From Scyliorhinus canicula (Eukaryota), in assembly GCF_902713615.1 (NCBI RefSeq), contig NC_052149.1, forward strand, positions 126,235,256-126,299,255: a stretch of DNA of 64,000 nucleotides, written 5' to 3'. The translations under genes and the position numbers were made by a program. Each line of letters opens with the position of its first letter. The first letter of the stretch is position 1. The notes beneath the pieces are model-generated. The model had not been told where the DNA came from and did not search any database. It saw only the letters and a program-made list of their open reading frames with translations. Shown here one piece after another: positions 45,558-58,179 of the stretch.

Positions 45558-47640
45558 CTTCCTCGTGGTATCAGTTGTGTCTGGAATAATTATTTTTCAA
45601 CCTGACCCAAAGTTTTAACACAAATCAATCCAACACAGGATCAGCCATAATCAATTTCGATATCCCCAATTTCCATTCAATCTTATTCAATTAAAATGGT
45701 CTCATTGTTAAAAATGTGAATCTGTATCCGGATTAAAATTCCGACATGTTGTTCAAAAATCTCCTGGAATCATGCCTCCGGCCAGAAAACATGACTGCAG
45801 GCTTTTGCCAACTGTTTGGACTTAAATCACTTCAAAAATCCCAACTTCAGACAGCAAACGTTTTGAAACCAAAAATAACCAACATGAATGACATAAATGT
45901 GTCTGCATCTCCTTCTCTCCACTTCCGGCATCTGCAATTTTAAAAAACTCAAAGTTAATTCCCCAGAAAGATAAACCTTAATAATAACAACATTACTCTA
46001 TGAATCTTGCAAGAACAAACAAAACAGGATACTTCTGCTCGAAAAGTTCACAGATGTTTAGCAGCAGTTTTTTTGCTCCACTGCAAGCTGATACTCTTTT
46101 GGTTAAACTAATGAACAAGGTTCACTGCCCTTTTTCATTATAAGACTTAAACTATTTATTTGATTTATTTATCTTTTTATTTCCGTTTAATCCAATCCAA
46201 TTCCTGATTTCATAGGCATCACCTATTCTTTAATAAATTTAAATCTCAGAGGTATTTCACTCAAACACATTATGAGCTGCCAAATCTTTTTTTCCCTCAC
46301 GGGGGTGAAGCATACTTAAAATTTCTACTTTTAACTGGTGTTGTTGAATTTCCAGACATCCACAATTTAATCTTGTATCAAGTAATTTACACACATGTTT
46401 CGGGGCAATTTAAAAATCAATAAAAACATGCTGAAACAGTTAACTTTTGTGTTCCAATTTATGTTCCTTTGTCATCTTTTCCCTCTAAATCGATTCAAAT
46501 TCGGTTACTTCACCAAGTTTGAAGAAATTAAATAAGTTCACTTTTCTCCACAGCTGCCCTAAGCAGTGGGGTTTTAAATCTCGTTACACATACAAACTCA
46601 GAATGATGACACCAGCTTTGTCTGACTTGTCACTTACTCTGAGCCCCGAGTCGGTTCCCTGTTTTGGCCTCCATCAAATCATTGTGGGGCCCTACCCTTT
46701 CCAAACGTTTTAACGTGCGGTGGTTTATCCTGCACTGCTCATCAGCACGTTACAAAAGTCTGTCGTTGCCCATCCAACATTAGCACGTTCTCAGTGTTGC
46801 GTGTGTCTGCCGCAACCCTACTCGCAACTTTCGCCCCTTGTTCGGGTCGCACAACTTATGGATCCGGCCGTCTGACACACTACTCCTCTATTGACTGGGT
46901 GCGAAATTAAAATGTACACACCCGTATGGAGGCGTATCATTCGGCCAGAATCCCGTGGACGACCATGCTCGAAGTGCGCCAAAAATTGTAGGAGCAGTTT
47001 CAAAGCCTGTGTATTGAGTCAGCTTCCACTTGGGGTCCTTTCCTGTGGCTCAACTCAGGACAGAGAACAACAGACACATTAGAAATCTGGATAAGATGGT
47101 TTATTTATTAATCCAAGCTTGGTTACATGTACACGGAGATTAGATCTGGATAATGACAAAACCTATCTACTGAACATTGATAAAAACACATCAATTATAC
47201 AACTTCCGAAAATCAATGGCCCATCCCAGTTGGACACGATCCAATCCCTGAAGCTGTCATGTTTAAACTTTACCCAATAAAATTGCGATCAACTCATGAT
47301 TGAACATCATCCTGTTAGTTGTGTTTACCGAAAGGCCTGACATCAGTCTTAGCATCCTCAGTGATTTTTTTCCCCCATCTCAGCATCGCCAGGATATCAA
47401 AAGTGACTTCCTTTTCGCTTCCAGAAGATATCGGGGGCCACTGATACAAACGTGTGTTTACCAGTAATTCGCTGATCAGACATTTCTGATCACATCACTA
47501 CTCTGCTTGTAGCCAGAGTTTGATTACTTATTAATGCTATGTCTTAATAATACATGTTTAATGGTTAATAATGATTACTCAGTACACTTCCAATAATTAA
47601 CCTCAATCCTTAATAAAGTAACTTATGTAAAACTACTCTC
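45558..47640 (-). mobile_element. Possible LTR-element remnant (continuous with about 42160-42710 before the L1 insertion)
   Basis: AT-rich sequence; the minus strand of about 47030-47640 has LTR-like layout with AATAAA followed by TGG. No coding motif confirmed. Confidence 0.3.
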
Positions 47641-47899
47641 GTGGTGTCTTAGCTGTTCAGTTTTAAGAGGTCTCACCACTGGACCCCCCCCCCCCCCCCC
47701 CCCCCCCCCCCCTTCACCAGGGGCAAGAAGCATCCAACTCACCCTGCCGCCCTGAGAAGGTCGTGGAGTTTCTTCTGGCACTATGTGCCAGTCCGGGCGA
47801 CGTTCCTCAGGGCGCTGACCGCCTCTGTCAACTGCGGTCCAGCATGGCAAACGGCGGTGCCTGGTGGCTTTCCTCCTGGGCCGTGGTATTGGGACATTA

Positions 47900-48600
47900 A
47901 ACCAGTCTCTTCACAACCTGGGGCTGACATTTAACCCCGAGCTGAGCTTCCGACCTCATATTGGTGACATCACTAAGATGGTCTATTTCTACCTCAGTAA
48001 CATTGCTCAACTTCACCCGTCTCAGCTCATCTACTGCGGAAAACATCGCCCATGTCTCCGTTTCCTCTGGACGTGACTATTCCAATACACTCCTGGCTGC
48101 TCTCCCACATCCTACCCTCCGGAAACATGAGCTCATCCAAAACTCTGCTGTCCCAGCCTGAACTCCCACCAAGTCCCATTCCCCTATCACCCCCTGTGCT
48201 CACTGACCCATATTGGCTCCTGGTCAAGCAATGTCTTGGTTTTAAAATTCTCATCCTTGTTTTCCAATCCCTCCATGTCCTCGCCCCTCCCTATCTCTGG
48301 AATCTCCTCCAGCCCCACAAACCTCCGAGATATCTGCGCTCCTCTAATTCTGGCCTCTTGTACATTCCTGATCAGAATCGCCCCACCATTGGTGGCCGTG
48401 CCTTCAGCTGCCTGGGCCCCAAGCTCTGGAATTCCCTCCCTGAACCTCTCCATCTCTCTGTCTCACTGTGATCCTTTAAGGAACTTTTTAAAGTCCACCT
48501 TTTTGACCAATCATCTGAGTTAATATCTCACTCTTTGTCTGGGTGTTATACTTTGTTACATAATGGCGCTGTATAATATCTCGTTATGCTAAAGGATAAA
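47900..48600 (+). mobile_element. L2 3' fragment
   Basis: About 48030-48460 nearly identical to 11610-12025; extends further 5' and 3' as L2-like sequence. Confidence 0.75.
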
Positions 48601-48639
48601 TATAAATATAAGTTGTTGTTGTTGTGCATTCACTCTTCA

Positions 48640-49430
48640 CTCTGTGCACTGGAGGTTTTGGTCCAGCTGGTGGGATTGCACTGTGCAATCTCTGCTGCAT
48701 GCAGGTGGCGGAAAGCATCATAGATAGGAGTTATAGAGATGTGGTCACACGCAAGATGCAGGCAGACAGATGGGTGACCACTAGAAGGGGCAGACAGTCA
48801 GCGTAGCAATTCCCTGTGGCTGTCCCCCTCTCTAACAGGTATATTGTCTTGGATACTGTTGGGGAGGATAGCGTATCAGGGAAAATAACAGCAGCCAGTA
48901 CAATGGCACCAAAACTGGCTCTGTTGCTCAGCAGGGGAGGGCACAGTGCAGGGAACAATAGTTATACGGGAATCCATAGTAAGGGGCACAGATAGGCGCT
49001 TCTGTCGACATGAAAGAGACTCCAGGATGGTATGTTAACTCCCTGGTGCCAGGGTCAAGGATGTCTCTGAATGAACACAGGACATCCTCAAGGGGAGGGT
49101 GAACAGCCAGAGGTTGTAGTACACATAGGTACTAACCACATAGGCAGGAAGAGTGATGAGGTCCTGCAGAAGGAGTTCAGGGAGTTAGGCAGCAAGCTAA
49201 AAAGCAGGACTTCCCTGATTGTAATATCAGGATTACTCCCTGTGCCATGTGCCAGTGAGGCTAGAAATAGAAGGGTAGAGCAGCTAAATATGTGGCTAAA
49301 CTGGATCACAGCAATCTCTTCCGGGGCAGGAGGGACCTGTACAAGAAGGACGGTTTGCATCTAAACTGGAGGGGCACCAATATCCTGACTGGGAGTTTTG
49401 CTAGTGTCACTCAGGAGGATTTAAACTAGT
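48640..49430 (+). mobile_element. CR1 ORF1 (esterase) fragment
   Basis: ..VVVHIGTNHIGRK..ISGLLPVP..; DGLHLN-type coding remnant. Confidence 0.75.
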
Positions 49431-49606
49431 ATGGCAAGGAGGTGGGAACTTTAGCTTTGAAGGTGTAATTACTGAAGGTGAAATAGGGAAAAAAATAAGA
49501 GAACAACATCACCCTGTCTGCTCAAATGCGATGGTTTCAAATGTCTGTTTCACAAAAACATTTTTATACAGTTTAATTTCAAAAGTTTAATTTAAAGGAA
49601 TAAATC

Positions 49607-52171
49607 ATGGCAGGACAGATCCAAGGCGTGGTCTGCTCCTCTTGCTCCATGTTGCAGGCTGGTCCAGTCCCCAGGGTCAGCATGTGTGCAGGAAGTGTCT
49701 CCAGTTACAGCTTTGACAAGAGTCATGGACTCAAAACGTTAGCTCTTTTCTCTCCCTCAGATGTTGCCAGACCTGCTGGGATTTTCTCTTTCGTTTCAGA
49801 TTCCAGCATCTGCAGTAATTTGCTTTATCCAGTAAACAGCTCCTGGAAGCTTGAATTTCACAGCTGGAGTGACAGCTGTAGACACTGTGGAGCATCCACG
49901 AGTCGGACAGGCATCGTGGATAGCATGTATAGAGAGGTGATCCAAGCCTCAGGACTCCGCAGGCAGGGAAGGGAATGGGTGTCCATCAGACAGACCCAGA
50001 GAGCTAGGCAGGCAGTGCAGGAATCGCCTGGAGCCAATCGCCTACAAAACTGATATACCGCTTTGGATACTGTTGAGGGGAATGGCCTCTGAGGAGAAAA
50101 AAGCAACAGCTAAACCTGTGGCACCACGGTTGGTTCGGCTGCAGAGGGGTGATAAGTGTGACAGTGCAATAGTTATAGGGGATTCAATTGTAAGGGGAAT
50201 AGACAGGCGTTTCTGTGGCCTCAACGAGACTCCAGGATGGTGTGTTGCCTCTCTGGTGCTACGGTCAAGGATGTCTCGGAGCGGGTACAGGACATTCTGG
50301 AGGGGGGAGGGTGAACAGCCAGTGGTCGTGGTACACATCGGTACAAACGACAGAGGTAAAAAAAGGGAAGAGGTTCTAAAAGCAGAATACAGGGAGCTAG
50401 GAAGGAAGTTAAGAAATCGGACCTCAAAGGTAGTGATCTCAGGATTACTACCGGTGCCACGTGCTAGTCAGAGTAGAAATGACAGGATATATAGGATGGA
50501 TACGTGGCTGAAGAGATGATGTCAGGGAGAGGGTTTCAGATTCCTGGGGCATTGGGACCGTTTCTGGGGGAGGTGGGACCTGTACAAACTGGACGGGTTA
50601 CACCTGGGCAGGACTGGAACTGATGTCCGAGGGGGGGCTATTGCTAGAGCGGTTGGGGAGATTTCAACTAATTGCCAGGGGGATGGGAACCTATGCAAGG
50701 AGTCAGAGAAAGAGGGAACAAGGACAAAAACAAAATGTAGAAAAGTGAATAAGTAAAGTGAGGTGGAGAAACCAAGGACAAAATTCAAACAGGACAGCAG
50801 AGAAAAATATTGGGAGCAAGACAAACAATGTGAAAAAGACTAATTTAAAGGCTCTGTGCCTTAATGCACGGAGCATTTGCAATAAAATGGATGACCTAAT
50901 CACGCAGATAGATATAAATGGGTATGATATAATTAGGATTACGGAGACATGGCTGCAGGGTGAACAGGGATGGGAACTGAATGTCCCAGGGTTCTCAGTA
51001 TTTAGGGAGGACAGGCATAAAAGAAAATGTGGTGGTGTGGAACTGCTGGCTAAAGTGGAAATTAACACAATAGTGAGAAAGGGTATTAGCTCTGACAATG
51101 TGGAATCTGCATGGGTAGAGTTGAGAAATACCAAGGGGCAAAAAACATTAGTGGGTGTCATATATAGACCCCCAAACTGCAGTGGTGAGGTTGGGAATTG
51201 CATTAAACAAGAAATTAGAGATGCATGTAACAAGGGAATATCGGTGATCATGGACGATTTTAATCTTCACATAGATTGGGCAAATCAAATTAGCCACAAT
51301 GCCGTAGAGGAGGAATTCCTGGAGTATATACGGGATGGTTTTCTTGACCAATATGTGGAGGAACCAACTAGAGAGCAGGCCATTTTAGACTGGGTACTGT
51401 GTAATGAGAAGGGAATCATTGCCAATCTGGCTGTCCGAGACCCCTTGGGGATGAGCGACAATAACATCGATAGTTTTTCATCAAGATGGAGAGTGAAGTA
51501 GTTTGATTCGGAGACTAGGGTGCTGAATCTTAATAAAGGGAACTATGAGGATATGAGGCGTGAGTTGGCATTGATAGATTGGGGAAAGTTACTTAAAGGG
51601 GTGACAGTGGATAGACAATGGCAAACATTCAAGGAATGCATGGAGGAACTACAGCAACTGTTCATTCCTGTCTGGCACAAAAGCAAAGAGGGTAAGAGGG
51701 CCAATCCATGGCTTACAAAGGAAATTAGAAATAGTATCCGATACAAGGAAGAAGCATACAGATTGGCCAAGAAAAATAATAGGTCTGAGGATTGGGAGCC
51801 ATTTGGAATTTATCAAAGAAGGACGAAGGGATTGATTAAGAAGCGGAAAGTACAGTACGAAAGGAAGCTTGCAGGGAACATAAAGACTGATACTAACAGT
51901 TTCTACAGATATGTGAAGAGAAGGAGATTGGTAAAGAGAAATGTAGGCCCCCTACAGACAGAAACAGGAAAATGCATAATAAGGGACAAAGAAATGGCTG
52001 AGCAATTGAATACATACTTTGGTTCTGTCTTCACAAGTGAGGACACAAATCAGATCCCAGAAATATTGGAGAATGAAAGGTTTAGTGAGAGGGAAGAACT
52101 GAGGGAGATCGGCAACAGTAAAGAAATGGTTCTGGGAAAATTGATCAGATTTAAAGCGGATAAATCCCCAG
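49607..52171 (+). mobile_element. CR1 LINE 5' half (ORF1 zinc finger and SGNH esterase, ORF2 endonuclease) running into the gap
   Basis: CSSC, IVIGDSIVRG, HIGTND, LCLNARSI, ITETW, IYRPP and DFN motifs; a short foreign repeat (possibly Penelope-like terminus) is inserted at about 49713-49828. Confidence 0.88.
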
Positions 52172-52671
52172 NNNNNNNNNNNNNNNNNNNNNNNNNNNNN
52201 NNNNNNNNNNNNNNNNNNNNNNNNNNNNNNNNNNNNNNNNNNNNNNNNNNNNNNNNNNNNNNNNNNNNNNNNNNNNNNNNNNNNNNNNNNNNNNNNNNNN
52301 NNNNNNNNNNNNNNNNNNNNNNNNNNNNNNNNNNNNNNNNNNNNNNNNNNNNNNNNNNNNNNNNNNNNNNNNNNNNNNNNNNNNNNNNNNNNNNNNNNNN
52401 NNNNNNNNNNNNNNNNNNNNNNNNNNNNNNNNNNNNNNNNNNNNNNNNNNNNNNNNNNNNNNNNNNNNNNNNNNNNNNNNNNNNNNNNNNNNNNNNNNNN
52501 NNNNNNNNNNNNNNNNNNNNNNNNNNNNNNNNNNNNNNNNNNNNNNNNNNNNNNNNNNNNNNNNNNNNNNNNNNNNNNNNNNNNNNNNNNNNNNNNNNNN
52601 NNNNNNNNNNNNNNNNNNNNNNNNNNNNNNNNNNNNNNNNNNNNNNNNNNNNNNNNNNNNNNNNNNNNNNN
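52172..52671. other. Assembly gap (500 N)
   Basis: Run of N; the round size suggests a placeholder of unknown true length. Confidence 0.99.
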
Positions 52672-54668
52672 TTGGAGGGGCCAATGGGAAGGAGGCCCAT
52701 GTTTACTGTTCCCTCTGGGAGGGTCCAGTGGGAAGGAGCCCCATTTTTACTCGTCTCTATTGGAGGATCCAGTGGGAAGGAGGCCCATGTTTACTGGTAC
52801 CTATTGGAGAGTCCAGTGTGTAGGGGGTCCATGTTTACTGGTCCCAGTTGGAGGGTCCAGTGGGAAGGAGGCCCATGTTTATTGGTCCCTATTGGAGGAT
52901 CCAGTGGGAAGGAGGCTCATGTTTACTGGTCCCTTTTGGAGGGTCCAGTGGGAAGGAGGCCCATGTTTACTGGTCCCTATTGGAGAGTCCAGTGGGAAGG
53001 AGGCCCATGTTTACTGGTCACTATTGGAGGGTCCAGTGGGAAGGAGCCCCATGTTTACTGGTCCCTATTGGAGGGTCAGTGGGAAGGAGGCCCATGTGTA
53101 CTGGTCCCTATTGTAGGGTCCAGTGGGAAGGAGGCCCATGTTTACTGGTTCCTATTGTAGGGTCCAGTGGGAAGGAGGCCCATGTTTACTGGTTCCTATT
53201 GGAGGATCCAGTGGGAAGGAGGCCCATGTTTACTGGTCCCTATTGGAGTGTCCAGTGGGAAGGAGCCCCATGTTTACAGGTCCCTATTGGACGGTCCAGT
53301 GGGATGGAGGCCCATGTTTACTGGTCCCTATTGGAGGGTCCAGTGGGAAGGAGGCCCATGTGTACTGGTCCCTATTGTAGGGTCCAGTGGGAAGGAGGCC
53401 CATGTTTACTGGTTCCTATTGTAGGGTCCAGTGGGAAGGAGGCCCATGTTTACTGGTCTCTATTGGAGGGTCCAGTGGGAAGGAGGCCCATGTTTACTGG
53501 TCCCTATTGAAGGTCCAGTGAGATGGAGGCCCATGTTTACTGGTCCCTATTGGAGGGTCAGTGGGAAGGAGGTCCATGTTTACTGGTCCCTATTGGAGGA
53601 TCCAGTGGGAAGGAGGCCCATGTTTACTGGTCCCTATTGGCGGATCCATTGGGAAGGAGGCCCATGTTTACAGGTCCCTATTGGACGGTCCAGTGGGATG
53701 GAGGCCCATGTTTACTGGTCCCTATTGGAGGATCCAGTGGGAAGGAGGCCCATGTTTCTGGTCCCTATTGGAGGATCCAGTGGGAAGGAGGCCCATGTTT
53801 ACTGCCCCCTCCCTGTTGGAGGGGCCAATGGGAAGGAGGCCCATGTTTACTGTTCCCTCTGGGAGGGTCCAGTGGGAAGGAGCCCCATTTTTACTCGTCT
53901 CTATTGGAGGATCCAGTGGGAAGGAGGCCCATGTTTACTGGTACCTATTGGAGAGTCCAGTGTGTAGGGGGTCCATGTTTACTGGTCCCAGTTGGAGGGT
54001 CCAGTGGGAAGGAGGCCCATGTTTATTGGTCCCTATTGGAGGATCCAGTGGGAAGGAGGCTCATGTTTACTGGTCCCTTTTGGAGGGTCCAGTGGGAAGG
54101 AGGCCCATGTTTACTGGTCCCTATTGGAGAGTCCAGTGGGAAGGAGGCCCATGTTTACTGGTCACTATTGGAGGGTCCAGTGGGAAGGAGCCCCATGTTT
54201 ACTGGTCCCTATTGGAGGGTCAGTGGGAAGGAGGCCCATGTTTACTGGTCCCTATTGGAGGGTCCAGTGGGAAGGAGGCCCATGTTTGCTGGTCCCTATT
54301 GGAGGGTCCAGTGGGAAGGAGGCCCATGTTTACTGGTCCCTATTGGAGGATCCAGTGGGATTTTGGCCCATGTTTACTGGTCCCTATTGGAGGGTCCAGT
54401 GGGAAGGAGGCCCATGTTTACTGGTGCCTATTGGAGGGTCCAGTGGGAAGGATGCCCATATTTACTGGTCCCAATTGGAGGGTCCTGTGGGAAGGAGGCC
54501 CATGTTTACTGGTCCCTATTGGAAGGTCCTTGGGAAGGAGGCCCATGTTTACTGGTCCCTATTGGAGGGTCCAGTGGGAAGGAGGGCCATGTTTACTGGT
54601 CCCTTTTGGAGGGTTCAGTGGGAATGAGGCCCATATTTACTGTTCCCTACTGGAGGGTCAGTGGCCCA
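52672..54668. repeat. Second 44-bp minisatellite array (at least 45 copies; 5' end hidden by gap)
   Basis: Same consensus as 1-2410 and the same 3' junction (..GAGGGTCAGTGG(G/C)CCATGGACAACATG). Confidence 0.97.
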
Positions 54669-55746
54669 TGGACAACATGATCAGTAAGGAGGATGGTTCT
54701 TTTATGTTGTAAATGTGTGATTATCCACCCCTCATATCAGCGGCGGGGGGGAGCGGAGTGTGTTCTGGCTGCGGGGGTTGGGTGGAGTTCGGTGATCCCA
54801 CAAGTGGTGGTCCAGCAAGCATTGTGTTCCAGTCCACAAAACGGGGCTATGTGCAGCGTCAGCCACACGTTTCCCACTGAAGCTTCTTATGTACTGTGAA
54901 CGCCGGGAAACACACAGCTAAATGCACTCGCTGGAGGACATTGTTCCCACTTAGTTGGATCGAGCTACATGATTTGTTGGCGAACAGAGAGCAGAGAGAG
55001 GGGATAAATGGGTCTTTTTCAGCTTGTCCAGTAGTAACTAGTAGAATGGCACAGGGATCAGTGCTGGAGCCACAACTATTCACAATCTACATCAATGATT
55101 ATTGAAGGAAGTGAATGTAGCTAATGTGCGAATCACACGAAGATAGGTGGGAAAGTCAGTTATCAGGAGGAGGTAGAGAGTCTGCAAAGAGATAGAGACT
55201 GTGTGTGAGTGGGAAAACATTTGGAGTATAACGTGGGTAAATGTGAACTTGTCCACTTTGGCAGGAAGAATAGAAAAGCAGTAAAGTATTTAAATGGAGA
55301 GAGATTGAGGAACTGGCTGCTACAGAGGGATCTGGGTGTCCTGGTACATGAATCACAAAACATTAGTCTGCAGGTCCAGCAAGTGATCAGGAAGGGAAAT
55401 GGAATGTTGGTGTTTATTACAAGAGGAACGGATAATAAAAACAGGGAAAACCAACACTGGAGTGAGATGAATGAGAGATGATCTTATTTAAACCTAAGAT
55501 CCTGAGGGGACTGAGTGGACACAAAGAGGTCAATATCTCTTCTGTGGTAGAGAAAGTGAGGGAAAAAGAGAGAGAAACAGAGGGAGAAAGAGAGAACAGA
55601 GAAAGAAAGATGAGGGTGAGAGCAAACAAGGAGATTGAGACAGGAATAACAAGACAGAGAGAGCAGAGACTGAGGGACTGACACTGAGGGAGGGAGAGAG
55701 AGAGGGTGAGGGAAGGAGTGAGAGAGAGAAGAGGAAGTGAAGGTGC

Positions 55747-55825
55747 TGACGTGGTGTCTCTGCCTCATACCATTTACATACTGAGGAACGGGCAGTCAGA
55801 CTCTCACAGGCTGCAGCTTTATAAA
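55747..55825 (+). promoter_or_regulatory. V-gene promoter 2: TGACGT (55747), ATTTACAT (55772-55779), TATAAA (55820-55825)
   Basis: Identical to promoter 1. Confidence 0.7.
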
Positions 55826-55885
55826 GCAGAGCCCAGTGAAGGGAGAGTTTATCAGTAACCAGGCACAGGGACAGGAGCAGACACC

Positions 55886-55934
55886 ATGATTTCAGCCATC
55901 CAGCTGATCTGGCCTCTGGCATTCTGCATCGCAG
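55886..55934 (+). CDS. IGKV: Ig kappa-type leader exon, cluster B
   Basis: Identical to 3633-3681; donor GT at 55935, acceptor AG at 56119-56120. Confidence 0.93.
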
Positions 55935-56120
55935 GTACAAATCTCTCTCCTTCCACCTTGAATATTTTCCTGCTCTCCATTTCAATCCAATTCTACTGAC
56001 TTGTGATTGAAGGGAAAATGCTGAAAGCAGAGGAACAGTCAGTGTCTCCAACAATATCTCATTGTACAGGCTCTTTCTGTGACAGTTCTTACTTCACTCT
56101 GTTTCTCTATTACCCCTCAG

Positions 56121-56419
56121 GTATCAGTGGAGACATCATCATGACCCAGTCTCCCCCGGTGCTGTCATTGAGCCTGGGCCAGACCGCGACCCTCACCTGT
56201 ACGGCCAGTCAATCTATTAGCAGCAATGTTGCTTGGTATCAACAGCGAGAAGGTCAGAAACCGGCTCTGCTGATCTACAATGCAGCAACTCGATTCACAG
56301 GAATATCCGACCGATTCACCGGCAGTGGATCTGGAACACGATTCACCCTGACAATCAGCAACGTACAGAATGAGGATGTCGCTGATTATTACTGTCAGCA
56401 ATATAGCAGCTACCCCCTA
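56121..56419 (+). CDS. IGKV: Ig kappa-type V exon, cluster B (CDR1 [14 protein letters not shown]2 NAATRFT, CDR3 QQYSSYPL)
   Basis: Open V domain, frameworks identical in protein to cluster A, followed by a 12-RSS. Confidence 0.96.
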
Positions 56420-56447
56420 CACAGTGATACAGAGCCTTACAAAAACC
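56420..56447 (+). promoter_or_regulatory. 12-RSS of V (cluster B)
   Basis: CACAGTG + 12 nt + ACAAAAACC. Confidence 0.98.
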
Positions 56448-56790
56448 CCAACACACACATTCCCACCACCTGTACTGATACATCCCAGTTTTATGTAATA
56501 GGGAATAAACACAAGAAAGGAAACTGTACAAATGATTCTCACCGTCCACTACCCACTCCAGTCCCTGTGGTATCCACAGCTCACTGAAGGCCTCAAGTTT
56601 CCATCTTACTCTCCATGTCCACATATGAAGAGCAGCTGAAAGATTTATCATCGAAAATTAGAATTCTCAAAACACAGAGATATTGAGAGAAACAGAGAGA
56701 GAGAAAGAGTGAGAGAGAAAGACATGAGTGAGTGAGAGACAGTGAGAGACAGAGAGAGGGTGAGAGTGAGTGAGTGAAGCACAGAGCAGA

Positions 56791-56829
56791 GGTTTTTGTA
56801 CAGCCCCTGCACTGGAAGCTGTCAGTGTG
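56791..56829 (-). promoter_or_regulatory. 23-RSS of J (cluster B)
   Basis: GGTTTTTGT + 23 nt + CAGTGTG. Confidence 0.95.
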
Positions 56830-56864
56830 GCTTACGTTCGGTAAAGGAACCAAGCTCAGACTGA
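56830..56864 (+). CDS. IGKJ: Ig kappa-type J segment, cluster B (LTFGKGTKLRL-S)
   Basis: Identical to J of cluster A; donor GTAAGT at 56865. Confidence 0.96.
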
Positions 56865-57953
56865 GTAAGTAAACCCCAATCCTCCGTTATTAACCCTTTC
56901 AATACTGAAACTTTCTCAAACACAAATGCTGAATAGTTGAAGGTGTCAGTGTGGAGCTGCAGTGAATGAAATGGTTCATTGAAGAACACTGTGTAGAACA
57001 GGGTGCCCAGCTGTATTTCTTTAGTTCCATTCCCCCCTTTAAGCAGCAAGATATAAGTAAGCAGCTTTTATCCACCGTGTGGAGGAGATCTGGACGTTTG
57101 CAGGCTGTGTTCACATTCCTGGACCATGGAGTGAAATCACTCACTAGACTCCTGTCAGTCTGCGTGTGACAGACACGGGCAGAGTTTGATGTGAGCTCTG
57201 GCTCCCTGTCACACTCTCTGATATAACTGATCACAGCAGCAGCAGCAGCACAGTGAGACACCGAGGTCCCACTTCCCCCAGCTTTAACTCTGCTCTCTCC
57301 ACTCCCTGCTTATCTCTTAGCAAAGTTCTGATGACAAACAGGTCCAGCAGGGCTCACAATCCAGTGGCTTCAGTGTTCCAGGCTTTTGGGGAGACTCTCA
57401 GTTACTTTCTCTTTGGCTCGAGTTCAGTCTGATATTTATCCCTGATTCAACATCCCTCCAAATGCTCATTGACTCATTGCTGTTTTGGGATCTTGCTGTG
57501 CACAATTTGCTGTAAAACATTTGAGGACATCAGATGGTTCAGATGCTACAGAGATGCAAATCTTTCTTTAACTTTGGAGATTCCTGATCCTGACCCTCGC
57601 CCATTGTTCGCACACTCTCAGCCTCCAAAGAGCAATGACCCTGTCTGACCCCCGGACACTGAGGCTAATTGTAGCCTCACCCTTGACCTCAGCCCAGTGC
57701 TGGGCGGCAGGGTTTGAAATTAAATCTAGAAACGTCTGTACTGACCTCCGATCAGAATCCTTTGTGAAATGTGTTGCTCCAAGTCTGCTCCAATGTTCTG
57801 GGATAAAGTTCTCCCGCTCTGTGTGTGGCTTGTTAATGTTCAACCTGTTCCCCCAAAAATTCTGATCAATAGTTCGAGCTTCCTGACTGGTTAACAGTCT
57901 CTTGAAGGGACATTGTGTCTTTAAAAACTTGTACTATTAGCAATTTCAGTGCT

Positions 57954-58179
57954 AGGTGGCATGGTGGTGCAGTGGTTAGCACTACTACCTATGGCACTGA
58001 GTGCCCGGGTTTAATCCCGGCCCCGGATCACTGTCCGTGTGGAGTTTGCACATTCTCTCCGTGTCTGCGTGGGTCTCACCCCCACAACCCGAAGACGTGC
58101 AGGGTAGGTGGATTGGTCACGCTAAATTGCCCCTTAATTGGGAAAAATATGAATTGGGTACTCAAAATTAAAAGAAACC
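57954..58179 (+). mobile_element. SINE, duplicate of 5713-5938
   Basis: Same position and TSD ATTTCAGTGCT (57943-57953 / 58180-58190). Confidence 0.9.

Noticed and set aside
47684-47712. Long C or G homopolymers (also about 16372-16400 and 45290-45315)
   Set aside because: Simple runs in or near retroelement UTRs; length unreliable and no supporting context.
51520-53160. 546-aa ORF and other X-containing ORFs
   Set aside because: Artefacts spanning the 500-N gap, fusing CR1 to the satellite.
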